A DNA stretch of 64,000 nt from Massalongia carnosa (lineage: Eukaryota): assembly GCA_965645245.1 (NCBI GenBank), contig OZ287085.1, forward strand, positions 992,001 through 1,056,000. The letters run 5' to 3'. Below are positions 12,694 to 25,161 of the stretch, piece after piece. The translations under genes were made by a program, and so were the position numbers. Each line of letters begins with the position of its first letter. The first letter of the stretch is position 1. The notes beneath the pieces were generated by a model. It worked only from the letters and a program-made list of their open reading frames with translations. It made no database searches and was not told the origin of the DNA.

Positions 12694-15600
12694 CCGTGAC
12701 CTACAACAAGGCCTCGAGTTCAAAGACGAGCGAAACTTCCGAGGCTAGTCCCGCTCAAGCAGCCGTTACCTCCCCGAGTCGTAAACGACCCCGAGAAGAC
12801 ACCACCGACTCTCCAAAAATCACTTGTTGGAATTGTGGTAAGAAGGGTCATAAAAAATCTGACTGTCGAGCCCCAACAAAGAAGACGGGAAAAGCTTAGA
12901 GTCAATCGATATTGCCTCGATTGTGTTGGCTCGGCAAAAGAGAGGTGAAAAAATAAATCACTTGTTTATTATGATAACTTTATATCTAGGACAAGTCATA
13001 CTACGAATTCGGGCCATGATTGACTACGGCTCGACATGGAATTTCGTGTCACAACTCAAGGTCAAAGAACTCGGTATCCGATTCACCCCCGACTCGCCAC
13101 CGCCGTCCGATTTAAAGACTCTGGATGGAACACCTCTGCGTACCTATCGAAATCACTCCCTACTAATTGGGGTTGTTGATAGTAGGGGTATTGAGGATCG
13201 AACGGAACATAAGTTCGTGGGTGCTGACATGTTCGGGGTGGATATGATACTAGGCCTACCCTGGTTAAACTGGGTGGACCCGGTTATCCGCTGGCATGAG
13301 CGCAAATTGTTCCATGTTCGTCGGACCAAAAGTGGCGACGATGGGGCTTGTCTGCATGAGATTTTACCTCTCGAGACTGAAAGGCCTGTAGACGGGGGAG
13401 TTACCCCCCCCCCGAAGTAAAAATACCAGTAGTCAAGCGGACGTAGCGATGGTGAGCAGGGACGAAATTTGGGACATTTGTGAAAAAGATGGAGTTCAGG
13501 AATTCCTTTTAGATATCGAGAAGCTCGATCGGGCAGGAACCGTAGTCGGTTCGGTGACGGAGGTTACAAATGAAATCCCTTCCAAATATTCAGATTTCCA
13601 TGACGTCTTTTCGAAAGATAATGCACAGAAGTTGCCTGAACATGGACCTCAGGATCATGCTATCGATACGGAAGGAAAACAGCCTCCATTCGGCCCAATA
13701 TACAATTTATCCTTGACCGAGTTACAAATATTACGGGAGTACCTCGACGAATATTTGGCCAAAAGATTTATAGTTCCTAGCACTTCATCGGCCGGTGCTC
13801 CTATTTTATTCGTCAAGAAAAAGGAGGGTGGTCTGAGACTATGTGTTGATTATCGGGGACTGAACGCTATTACCATAAAAAATCGATATCCTTTATCCTT
13901 GATCATGAACCTATTAAATGTTCTGGTTGGCGCCGTCTACTTCACTAAACTCGATATCCGGGATGCATATCATAAAATCCGGGTACGGGCCGGTGACGAA
14001 TGGACACCGGCTTTTCGATGCAGGTACGGTCAATTTGAATACCGGGTTATGCCTTTCGGACTAGTCAACGCCCCTGCGTCATTCCAGGCCTACATAAACG
14101 AAGCCCTACAGGAATGTTTAGATGACTTCGTAGTGGTGTACTTGGACGACATTTTGATATTCTCCAAATCGATGAAAGATCATACATTTCATGTACGACT
14201 AGTCCTGGAGAAATTATGGAAATTCAGTGTACAGGTGAAATTATCCAAGTGCCTCTTTGACCAGACTGAAATTGAATTTCTGGGATTTATTGTAAAACGG
14301 AATGGTATATCTATGGACTCGTCTCGGGTGGCGACGATTATAGATTGGCCTGAACCCAAAAATCATCGAGATGTTCAAGTATTTCTCGGGTTTGCAAATT
14401 TCTATAGGCGATTTATCAACGAATTCTCGCGCATTGTGGCCGCCTTAACGACGCTACTAAAAGGGGGAAAGAAAGGAAAGTTCGATATTAAATTCTCATT
14501 CACCGAAGAAGCAAGAGAATCATTTCGTCGTCTCAAGCATGCTTTTACCACCGCTCCTATTTTATTGCATTTTGACCCTAAGCGGAAAATACAATTAGAG
14601 ACGGACGCGTCCGGAGTCGCAATTTCAGCTATTTTATCACAATTGGTTGAATCGACGGGACAGTGGCATCCTATTGCTTTTTAGTCAAGAAAAATGCATG
14701 CAGCCGAATTAAACTACGGTGTTGGCGAAACAGAAATGTTGGCCATTGTTGAAGCATGTAAGGAGTGGAGACATTATCTTGAGGGGGCGATACATTTGAT
14801 TCGGGTAATAACCGATCATTGTAATCTTCGTACCTTTCTTACTACCAAAAAGTTATCTAGACGAGAGGCGAGATGGTGGGAAAGACTTTCTAGTCTTGAT
14901 CTCGTCATTGAATATCGTCCAGGTCGTCATAATCCAGCCGATGGACCCTCTAGACGCCCGGATTATATGGAAGAAAGGCACGACTTGTCTCATCAAGCCG
15001 GAGCTATAATTCCTGGAAGATTCGGGGGGGTCTCGGAGAGGAATCGGGGTGGGATAGAGGAGCTCATTACGTCAAATTGGACAATGGCCCTTGTGAATGA
15101 TGAATCTCAAGTAGCTGACGATGCTATGGATTGGGAATCTACTATAAATGAATTATCAGACGGGGCAAATCGCAATTTGATGAGTCCACCCGTTGTCGAC
15201 AAAAATTGTCGGAGTACTGCGTAGGCCCAACAAACCACTGAAGGAATTGGAATTGATTCGGCTGAAATTGTCGAAATTCCTGAAATTCTTGCGGTTGTTG
15301 GAAGAACTAAGGGGAAACAATCCGGAAGTAGTTCCGATACCTCTCAGTTACACGAGAAATTGATTAATATAAAATCAGTTGGACTCAAACTCGTGGAAAC
15401 TTTGGATGAGAAGTTTGAAAATTCTCGGAAAGAGATAAAAAATGTCTCTGAGAAAGACTCGGCGTTTGGGGCCGCCCCAAAAGAACTACGCACCGTTTTA
15501 CAAATTCTGCAAGAGCCTGATCAACTAGTGCAGAAGAAACGGCCCTCCATCGCAGCGTCGATGGAAGAGGGGCGGAATTCTATAGGACGACTACATGACG

Positions 15601-17246
15601 CGTCGAGGGATAAATCGGGGGGCAACGAAGACTCGTCAGGCTCTCAGCTCCAAGACGGGCGGGAGTCGGGGGGCGAAGTCGAAGGAGACCTAGAAAAAAC
15701 CCGATGGCACATGAAGGATAATATCCTATGCAGGGACAATAGGTGGTATATTCCCCCTGGTCTATTACGTGCTGAACTTTTGCGGCAGAATCATGATGAT
15801 CCCAATGCGGGCCACTTTGGTTATTCCAGAACGTTGGAATTGATCCAGAGGAAATATTATTGGCCCGAAATAGTCAAGGATATCAAGCATTATGTGGAAA
15901 CGTGTACTCGTTGTCATCAAGTCAAATCGTCCAGACATAAGCCCTTCGGATTATTAGAATCCCTACCCGTACCAAAAGGGCCTAGACAAAATTGGACGAT
16001 GGACTTCATAACGGATCTGCCCCCGAGTCTCCGCCGAACCGTGGCCTATGATGCGATTCTTGTCATGGTGGATCGGTATACGAAATATTCTCGATATATT
16101 CCCGCACGAAAGGACTGGAATGCTGAAATCATGGCTGACGTCCTAGTGGAAGAAATATTTACCAAATTCGGTATGCCAGTGTCTATTGTCTCGGATAGGG
16201 GTAGTTTATTCACCTCAGATTACTGGTCTCATTTCTGTTATCATTTGAGAATTCGACTCAGTTACAGTACAGCCTTTCATCCACAAACAGATGGTCAAAC
16301 CGAGATACAAAATCAGACACTGGAACAATATCTACGATGCTACGCCAATTATCAACAGGATGACTGGACTTACTGGTTACCCTTGGCAGAGTTTGCTTAT
16401 AATAATAGCTTACATAGTGTCATAAAAATGACCCCCTTCGAAGCTATATTTGGAGAAGCGCCCAAATGGGAAGACGAAATTCTGACTGAAAATGGGTCCG
16501 AGGTTCCTGCTGCACGCGTCCTGGCCACTGACATAATGGACAAAAGAAAACACCTGGAGAAATTATTACAAACAGCTTCAAGTACCCAGGCTAGATATTA
16601 TGATCAGAAACATATTCCCAAGACGTATAATGTGGGTGATAAAGTCCTCCTGAACGCAAAAAATATTAAATCCACTCGTGCGTCCAAAAAACTGGACTAC
16701 AAATATTACGGGCCATACGAAATTGTCTCTTCTATAGGAAAACAGGCCTACAAACTCCAACTTTCCCCGTTATTGAAGGGCATTCATAATGTGTTCCATG
16801 TTTCCCTATTGGAACCTTATAGATATGACCCGAACAAAATATCTGAACCACCTCTACCCATAGAAGTAGAAGGGGAAGAACAATGGGAGGTAGAACAGGT
16901 GCTGGATAGTAGAATTCACTATGGAAAACTCCAATATCTGGTGAAATGGATGGGATTTTCTGATACGGATAATCAATGGTTATCCGTCGAAGACATGGAA
17001 GGATCACAGGAATTAATTAATTCCTATCATAATCAATATCCGGAAAAACCGTCCAGAACTCCTACGAGGAAGAAAAGAAAATCGAAGGCATGAACCATTT
17101 CCATTGGAGTCGAATGATCCAGAATCAGACTGCTATCTACCACACCACAACCACCTTCTCTCACCCCTTCACCCCCTTTTCAATCACCAAAATATCCTCC
17201 CCTGGAGGGGGTCCAACCTCTAATCCTGCCTAAAAGTGTCAAATGA

Positions 17247-17734
17247 TTAAATTAATTCGGCACTAGACCTCCCCCAAGAGATGAGCCACCGAGCAGCGGA
17301 AATTGACTGGAACCTACCCAAATTAGACCAAATTTTCCTAATAGAGCTCCACCTACGGAGAACATTCATCCTTCTTCCGGCGACACTCCCCACACTTCCC
17401 CGACTCCTCGGACCACTCACAGGCGACAGGGTCGCCCCCAAGGGTCTGCTTGGCACACCGGAGGCAAACGCTTACCTCCGGGGTAGGCCCCACCCAAATG
17501 GGCGGGTGGAGGAGCGAAAAAGGGGGAGGCAGAGGGGAACCGCCACGAACCGGGGCGGAAACGGGTGGCGCGGCCGGGGGAAACCAAAACACCCAGGAAA
17601 ACATGGTCCTGCGGACCAGGAGTGGTAGGGCGGCGGGGGCGAGGAGGGGGGGAAACGGCCGGGTGGGACCGCTTGGCCCGCGATGAACGGGCAGAAACCG
17701 GAACAACACGCCGAGGTTGTTTAGACCTCGACAT
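17247..17734 (-). pseudogene. Antisense Cys-rich Zn-finger-like ORF inside the Gypsy-1 3' region
   Basis: Pro/Arg-rich start MSRSKQPRR, then in another frame CLRCAKQ...ACEW...KCGECRRKKDEC. Possible intron GTAGGT...CTAAT...TAG at about 17313-17356. Confidence 0.45.
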
Positions 17735-18136
17735 GAGAGTTGATGATGGAGTGGTTGATGGTAAAGTGATGAAAGATTGATGAAAATATGGAGTACGGAG
17801 TTGGGTGAGGTGATGTTTAAAGAGAAAGAAACAACGAACCCTACCTGTTGATATGAAAAGAAAGAAGAGACTAAGCCCAAAAAAGTTGGCACCGCCAGCA
17901 AGGTACGCTCAACAACAACGAAGGGTTAAGACTGATGAGACGTCAACAGAACAATAAGAAAGAGTTGAGACTTGGACTCATGACAGCAAGCATGACTTCT
18001 AGACTGAACACGGATAACGTGTGTCTGAAGATGCTATCCCTAGTACTCGGACAGTACCCGGAACCACATGCGATATGAAGTTATACAGAACTTTCACATC
18101 GGGCTCCTGAGGACATGAGCCCTAGAAGGAGGGTAA

Positions 18137-18424
18137 TGTCAGGTCACGCACGTCCTGACATAAGCGAATCGGTAGTTATAACCGATCTCCGATCTCTGAC
18201 TAGGACACGGCTCGTCTTCGTAATCTTCTTTTCATTGTACCAATCATAATCACAGTAATTAAATCAACGGACTGGTGACCCTAAGAAGTGGGGCTATAGG
18301 ATAAAGACCTGATCGCCCACTTCTTTCAAGGGGTCACTGATCAATTTATTGATTTACCACTCTCTATTCGTACATTCATCACGAATCCATATAGTAGTCA
18401 CGCTGTTAGACTTGACCCCTTACA
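18137..18424 (+). repeat. 3' LTR of Gypsy-1
   Basis: Polypurine tract AGAAGGAGGG-TAA followed by TGTCAGG...CCTTACA. Confidence 0.65.
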
Positions 18425-18948
18425 GATTGTTCTTATTTTGATTAGTAATTTCGTTCATGATTTTATCCATGGCTTTGTTATTAGTCGTGAAATTATTTAT
18501 CGTGGCTTTCTCATCTGTAACTTTATCCACATCATTTTCCTCTTTATCATGAAGCACAATATCAGATTGATCAACAAATGCTAGTATTTTCAGTTAATTA
18601 AGAGAGATGTTCTTGATCATATGCACATCCTGATAGTCTGAATAATGAGCAGTTAGAAAATCCGACCAGACCTCTTCGTTTTTACGCTGTAATTTGAACG
18701 ATTTGCCAAACTCTCGATGCACAGCACTATCATTGACAGACAAAGAAGATGGTTTCAGAATTATAACTTGCTATTTCGTTGGCAAAGAAGAAAGACGATG
18801 TGGAAGAATAAACTGGGTGGTGTGCGTGGTCCACTACTGCTAGGAAGTTAGGAGAACAAATAAACAAGAGAAGAGCAAGACAATAAAATAAGAACGACGC
18901 ACTGCATGCCTCGTGCCTCGTGCCTCGTGCCTCTGTATGTGAGCTGTA

Positions 18949-19535
18949 ACGTAACCCACTAGACAACCGTTCAACGGAACTAAGAAATATACGTCCACTT
19001 CCTCCCCGACTAAAAGTGGGCAGAAATGTCCTCAGAAAGCATCTTGTTGAATTGCACTGCCCTAGTTCTAGAAGTTTCTATGCTTAGTCAGCTGAATGTA
19101 TATTAGCCGCTCTTCTCCCTCTATAGTACAATCAACCGTCTCAAGTTTCAACACATCTGATAGTTCACAAAGAACGCTTATAAATCCTTTCAAAAGATCA
19201 TTACTCCCCCCTCCCATGCTTCGACCAATCAGGGAGGCGGAAGAGATAGTAGAAGGGCTGCAAGAGGTAGAGTTGATGAAGGTAGTGGAAGGGGTGAAAG
19301 AGGTAGAGGAGGAGGAGGTGAAAATGGTTAAAATAAACCCGACGGGGTCGCATTGTCCGACCACTAAGCAAAATGTGACTGCTTTATGAAACATGCATGC
19401 ATATATAATGTTATTTTTACATATAATAGTCATTGAAGATAGAATTGTAAAATGGGTGGGAAGAAGGCTTCAAAGACTAAGCGAAAATTAGTTAGTTCCG
19501 TTGAACGGTTTGTTCCGTTGTCTAGTGAGTTACGT
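18949..19535. mobile_element. Non-autonomous pogo/Fot1-type DNA transposon (MITE-like, 587 bp)
   Basis: Terminal inverted repeats ACGTAACCCACTAGACAAC..CGTTCAACGGAACTAA and TTAGTTCCGTTGAACG...GTTGTCTAGTGAGTTACGT, flanked by TA on both sides. Confidence 0.8.
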
Positions 19536-20119
19536 TATGGATGCTCTAAAGGAAAAAGAACTATCTGTCACCTGATTTTCCCGCGACCTTTGCCAAGACT
19601 CAGCCGGAAAAACCAACTCCAGTACATACATTGCAAGCGAGAACTCCATAATCTAACTTGTCGAGCTTGCTGTTGAACTTCTCAATATATTTTCAATGCT
19701 GACTACACGGCCGCATTATCGAGAAATTGAGTTTTGACAATTGCGTCGTCGTCCAAAGCGGAGGGCTCTTTATTGCGAGTGCGACGGTTAAAGATGGCTC
19801 TTTGTTGTTAAAGGAAGCTATTTAGTTCTTCAGTTTGACGATTTTACTGTTACAATAGGAGTGAAAAAAACATTCATAGCATTCTAGCGAGTAAGCTGGA
19901 CCTTCTGAGCCGAGCATCCCTGATCGTAGGGTGCCGGCGTGGTGCGAATGGCACCAACTCTAGATAGACAAGAATGTGAGGGTTTTGACGAGTTAGACGG
20001 TAGCTATCAAACTTGAAGATTTTCGCTTATGAGCGAATGTGCGGATTTTTTGGTTCACCGCGTGCCACCATATCAATTGATCGGTAGTAAGCTCGTCACA
20101 TCCGTGCTATGTTTCTAAT

Positions 20120-20360
20120 CTATTGCATCAGCAGCAAGTAGCATTTGCATTATTTTATCATGATCTTCCGCTGATGCAGCCTGTAATGCGCTGTCATATC
20201 ACATTGAGCATTGGGATTAGCCTCTTTGTCGAGCAGTATCTGCATCACTCGAGCATGATCATTAGATGACGCCGTCAGCACCTTGAGCGTTCACGTTGAC
20301 TCTTATCTTCAGCAGCTGCGATGCTTGGTCATGACCTTCAGATGATGCGGCTTGCACTTC
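20120..20360 (-). pseudogene. Degenerate ankyrin repeats
   Basis: Minus strand reads VQAASSEGHDQ...VNVNAQG, ASSNDHARVMQILLDKEANPNAQ and ALQAASAEDHDKIMQMLL. Confidence 0.6.
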
Positions 20361-20993
20361 ATCTTCATGAATCGCAAGCCAATTATTAACATGGATCAGT
20401 GAAGATTTTCGCCAACTTCAGTCCTTGCTCAAACGCTTTGGAATCTTAAGGCGGAACCTCAATACTGTCAACGTACTAACCTGACATAATGATGATGATA
20501 GGAATAGATGTCATGACTTGATGTATTGTAATTGTTCGTCTTATCCTCAGCTTTGTCGTCGATTATGATGCGAAGTCAAGTTTTAATTTAAGCGTACTTT
20601 ATCAAAGGCTCGACAGACGTAAGCATTGACTGTACATCTTTATAAATCTCCGTGATTGCATCTACGTAGATTAATGAAATAAGAAGCTTATTCATTCATT
20701 AATGATTCAAAATCTTTTCAGAATCTGTTCCCAAGTGCTTACGGAAGTAAGGGTAGGATTTAGAGATTGGACATAAGACGAATAAGTATGCTCTTGGAAG
20801 TGGCCTTTAGCTGCGGCATATTTGAAGCCTGTAACTCAAGGAGTCAACCTCCACTCGAAGCTGGTGACTGCGCAAGAAAAACATTGTTTTGAAAGACGTC
20901 AAAATGTCAGTTGATAATTTCATGTTCCTGAATAATGTCCTAGAATGACTCCGTCATATTGACCAGTAGTTCCGCCATTTCCTATCCCTCGGT

Positions 20994-22259
20994 CTACACA
21001 GAGTCTTTTGGGTTAATGCCATGATAAGTATTCTTTATGTTCTATCAGCTTGTACATCGCTATCGAAAGGATAGGTGATCCTTACAGAGATATTACTTCC
21101 AGTTATCCTAACCCCGTCTGTGGCCGTACTGTTTGCATGACCCATAATCACACCTCGATTGTTATCGATATTGCCCCTAAAGTTAACATCGCCCATACGA
21201 ACCGAGTGTTTCTGTTGGGTTTCAGCTGATTTCAAGCGCGCGAAAGAGATGTCAGACCTGGCGATCCTCTTCAGATCCCTTGGATCGACTATCAAGATCC
21301 GATATCCATTGAGCCAACTTTTGTGAAATTCTCTTGTATCCCTCTCGGTCTTCATCCTCAAACTTGCACATATCAACATGATTCGCCTGGATCGACTGTG
21401 GATCGATACCAGGCAGGCAAGCCGATTCCTTGGGCACGATAAATCCCATCTTCGTCCCTCCCTTGTACATAGCATACCGTTCAAAGAAGCAAGCTACTTC
21501 CACAAACTCTCTTGATTCCGAACGATCTCGTGCTTTTAGGAATTTCTGAAAGGCTTCGTTAACGCTGATGAGCTTTGCCGAACGCTCTTCAAGATCCTTT
21601 ATATCCTGCTTATGCGTGGTACTTATCCAGCCCAGTATCTGTAGAGCCCTGCTTCCCCATTTCGCTTTTGACGATCCCTCAAAGGGCGTTCCAAGGAAGC
21701 CGACTCCAATCGTTCTCTCTACGAGGGCAGTGCTAGCTATGTCGGTACCATTGTGCCTTGACAACGCATTGGCGCACACGAGACCCCCTAGGCTGTGCGA
21801 GACGAAAATAATCGGCCGTTCAGCCTAGACATAGACATCCTATTAGCATATTTCTGTGGAAAGGGTAGGGGTGCGCCGATTCCTACAGTTTTGGTTTTCT
21901 CGCGGAGACCGATTAGGCTCTGGAACATTGCAGTCGCGTGATCATCAATAGTCAAATGCTCAGGGATGAATTTCGGTCCAACAAACGGATAGAAGTGAGA
22001 AAAGTCCGCATTGTACCCAAAAGAAAGGATGCGAGCTGTTGGGCAGGCTTGAGGTAAGAGATCTTGAGGCCACAACAGCGATCTATCTCGACCCTCCCAT
22101 GTCCAAGTTTTCACTCTGTCGCCGCCGAGCCCGTGGACGAAGACAATACTGTTTGGTCAGTACAAAGCAACCCGGACGAGAAATGACATCTGGTGCGTAC
22201 TCTGTATTCGCCTCTGGAGAATCAAAGAAGGGGTCGCCTAATCCGTACGGTTCGGCCAT
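20994..22259 (-). CDS. SesB-like alpha/beta-hydrolase (putative lipase effector) with C-terminal candidate amyloid signalling motif, about 350 aa, 5 exons
   Basis: Exons 22259-22201, 22148-21887, 21824-21258, 21211-21086 and 21032-20994 (all GT-AG) join in frame. Motifs DIVFVHGLGG, WPQDLLP, RILSFGY, nucleophile elbow FVSHSLGG, FLGTPFEGS and NHVDMCKF. Tail KHSVRMGDVNFRGNIDNNRGVIMGHANSTATDGVRITGSNISNTYHGINPKDSV*. Confidence 0.85.
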
Positions 22260-22558
22260 GCTGGCGTTGTCATCGCAATACTACAGAGGAGTCGTGCTTC
22301 AAATTTAGCACTATAACTTATGCGAGATAATCGTGATACCGCCTGCATGGAGAGACCAGCTCGTGCATAGCCTTGGCTCTATCAGCGGCGAGTCCGTGCC
22401 TATATTTATACCTAGAGATGAACAGTGCTTTTGGAAAGTCGTGGGCGTCGAGTTTCCGACCGAGCCTAGTTGCGGTCCTGAGCACGGTAAAGATAATGGT
22501 TTTCAGTCTTATTCAATATTGCTCCGAGCTCTAATGTCTACAATCTTCTGACGCAGCA
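22260..22558. promoter_or_regulatory. Putative bidirectional promoter between effector and NLR
   Basis: 299 bp between divergent ATGs, with a TATA-like CTATATTTATA at about 22400 that is conserved in the second copy (about 62855). Confidence 0.5.
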
Positions 22559-25161
22559 ATGGTCGGTAACACGCTAGCGGTCTCTACAAGCGCGAAGGAT
22601 TTTGGCACCATTTCTGGCAATCAAGGCGCTGTGGTCGGTGACGTCTCAGGCCATGCAAAAGTGATTGGTCTGGGTCCTGTTCACATCGATATTGATCTTA
22701 TGCTAAATCCTGATTAGGCTCTCAGATATACAATATTGTTCAATATCGAGGCAAGTCGGCATTCGCAATGATATAGCGTTCTGTGAGCCAAGGCTGATAG
22801 CATTCTGCGTTTGTAGAAAGACCCGATACCCCACTAAGCCCATCATCTACTGTTCCTTTCCGCCGCGACCCTGATTTCGTCGATCGCGGAAAGCTACTTG
22901 ATCAGATCCACGAAAAGTGCTCCGCGCCAGCGTCAAGGGTAGCGCTTGTCGGCCTAGGCGGCGTTGGGTAAGCTAAAGGGCCTCAGGCTAGTTCTAATAG
23001 CTTACTTTCGCAAAGAAAGTCGCAGCTTGCCATCGAATACTGCTATCGAATCAGAGAGCACTTGCCGGCGACGTGGGTTTTCTGGATACACGCCAGCAAC
23101 GCAGCCCGTATCGAGCAAGGTTATAGAAAGATTGCAGAGCAAGTCAAGATTCCTGGCAGGGGGGACCCAAAGGCGGACATATTCCGGCTAGTTGAAAAGT
23201 GGTTATGCAACGAGAAGAACGGAAAGTGGGCTCTGGTCCTCGACAATGCCGACGAAACTACTGTGCTGTTCGAAACTCTTATCACGGGCCCGAAGGCGCA
23301 GGCCAGCGGGTCTAGCGGCGGGCACACGCAATCACTGTTAGCATATCTACCTCAGAGCCGAAACGGCTCGATTCTCGTCACCACCCGGACTAAAAGTGTG
23401 GCATTGCAGCTAGCGGAAGAAAGTGACATAATACCGATTGAGCCGATGAATTATGCCCATGCGCTAACGCTTCTTGAAAAGAAGCTGGGAGAACAGATCG
23501 ATAGCGAAGATACTTCTGAGCTAGCTGTAGCACTTGAATTTATGCCGCTTGCCATTGTTCAAGCGGCTGCATACATTCGACTAAGAGTACCAAGATATTC
23601 TGTACGACAGTACGTAGATGAGTTCCATAAGAATGATAAAAGAAAGACTAGTCTCTTGAATCACGAAGCGGGACATCTTCGCAGGGACCTGGAGGCTAAA
23701 AACTCGATCATTATAACCTGGCAAATATCGTTTGATCATATTCATCAGATCAGGCCTTCGGCGGCTAATCTGCTGTCGCTTATGAGCTTTTTCGATCGAC
23801 AGGGAATTCCTGAGGCTTTACTCAAGACACAATACGAAGGGGAAAATGAAAATACAGCCGAAGCTGCTGGAGATGACGCAGATGATGACCACAAAGACGA
23901 TAGCGATGGGGATATCGTAACCTATCTCAGCGTCGATGAGTTTGAAGACAACATACTTATCTTGAGAAACTATTCGTTCATCACCATCAGCATAGATGGA
24001 ACTACCTTTGAGATGCACGGGCTAGTGCAGCTAGCCGTCAGAAAGTGGCTAGAAGCATCTAATCAGCTCGAAAGATGGAAGCAGCAGTTCATCAAGAATC
24101 TCTGTACAGTATTTCCGAATGGGGATTACGAGAATTGGACAAAGTGTCAAGCGCTTTTTCCTCACGCAAAGTCAGCAGTAGCGCAGCAGCCAGCTGTCGA
24201 AAGCTCATTACAAGATTGGGCCTTGATACTATATCACGCTGCGTGGTATGCGTGGGCGAAAGGGAGTTACATTGAAGCAGCGACAATGGCCTTAAAAGCA
24301 ACAAGAACCAGGCAAAAAGTGCTGGGTCTAGAGGATGAAAAGACATTGGAGAGTATGGCTATACTAGCCATGGCATACAGCGATGGAGGGCGACTAAAGG
24401 AGGCAGAAAAGCTGCAGGTGCAAGTGATGGAGACGAGTGCGATGGTGCTAGGGACGGAGCATCCAGACACGCTGATGAGCATGGGCAACCTTGCGTCGAC
24501 GTATTTGAATCAAGGACGATGGACGGAAGCCGAAGAGCTGGGCGTGCAAGTGATGGAGACGAGAAAGAGGGTGCTAGGGACGGAGCATCCAGACACGCTG
24601 ATGAGCATGGGCAACCTTGCGTTGACGTATTGGAGTCAAGGACGATGGACGGAGGCCGAAGAGCTGGAGGTGCAAGTGGTGGAGACGAGAATGAGGGTGC
24701 TAGGGACGGAGCATCCACACACGCTGATGAGCATGGGCAACCTTGCGTTGACGTATTCGAATCAGGGACGATGGACAGAGGCCGAAGAGCTGGGGGTGCA
24801 AGTGATGGAGATGAGTGCGAGGGTGCTAGGGACGGAGCATCCAGACACGCTGAAGAGCATGGGCAACCTTGCGTCGACGTATTCGAATCAAGGACGATGG
24901 ACGGAGGCCGAAGAGCTAGAGGTGCAAGTGATGGAGATGAGAAAGAGGGTGCTAGGGACGGATCATCCTTCCACGCTGACTAGCATGAACAACCTTGCAT
25001 TCACGTGGAAGTCTCAAGGCCGCAATGATGAGGCTTTCTCACTGCTAAAGGAATGTTTTCAACTACAAAAACACAAATTGGGTCCTCAACATCCTAATAC
25101 AGAGTCTTCGCTTAAGTATCTCAATGGGTGGCAGATGAAGAGTTTATCATTGGAGTCTTAA
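22559..25161 (+). CDS. Fungal NLR (STAND): short N-terminal amyloid-like motif, NB-ARC-type NTPase, TPR array; about 812 aa, 4 exons
   Basis: Exons 22559-22667, 22718-22750, 22817-22967 and 23016-25161 (intron 2 is GC-AG) join in frame. Motifs VPFRRDPDFVDR, P-loop GLGGVGKSQLA, Walker B WALVLDNAD, ILVTTR, MPLAIVQAA and FEMHGLVQ, followed by 42-aa TPRs. Confidence 0.9.
24400..24990 (+). repeat. Highly conserved 126-bp (42-aa) TPR tandem repeats
   Basis: GTGCTAGGGACGGA recurs at 24445, 24571, 24697, 24823 and 24949. Confidence 0.95.

Larger units (their letters stand above)
12694..18424 (+). mobile_element. Ty3/Gypsy chromovirus (Gypsy-1), 5'-truncated, defective
   Basis: gag end with CWNCGKKGHKKSDC, protease AMIDYGST, RT YLDD, RNase H ETDAS, HHCC/DDE integrase and chromodomain EQWEVEQVLDSR...YLVKWMGF. 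Stops at 13418, 14682 and 15222. Confidence 0.93.

Noticed and set aside
22589..22610. SAKD match to the HET-s repeat (RNSAKDI)
   Set aside because: Only four residues, changed to GAKD in copy 2 and absent from the effector, so insufficient to call an HRAM.
23840..23920. Acidic low-complexity insert in the NLR
   Set aside because: Similar acidic loops are common at this position in fungal NB-ARC/TPR proteins.
24359..24983. Alternative-frame repetitive ORFs over the TPR array
   Set aside because: Shadow frames of the 126-bp repeats.
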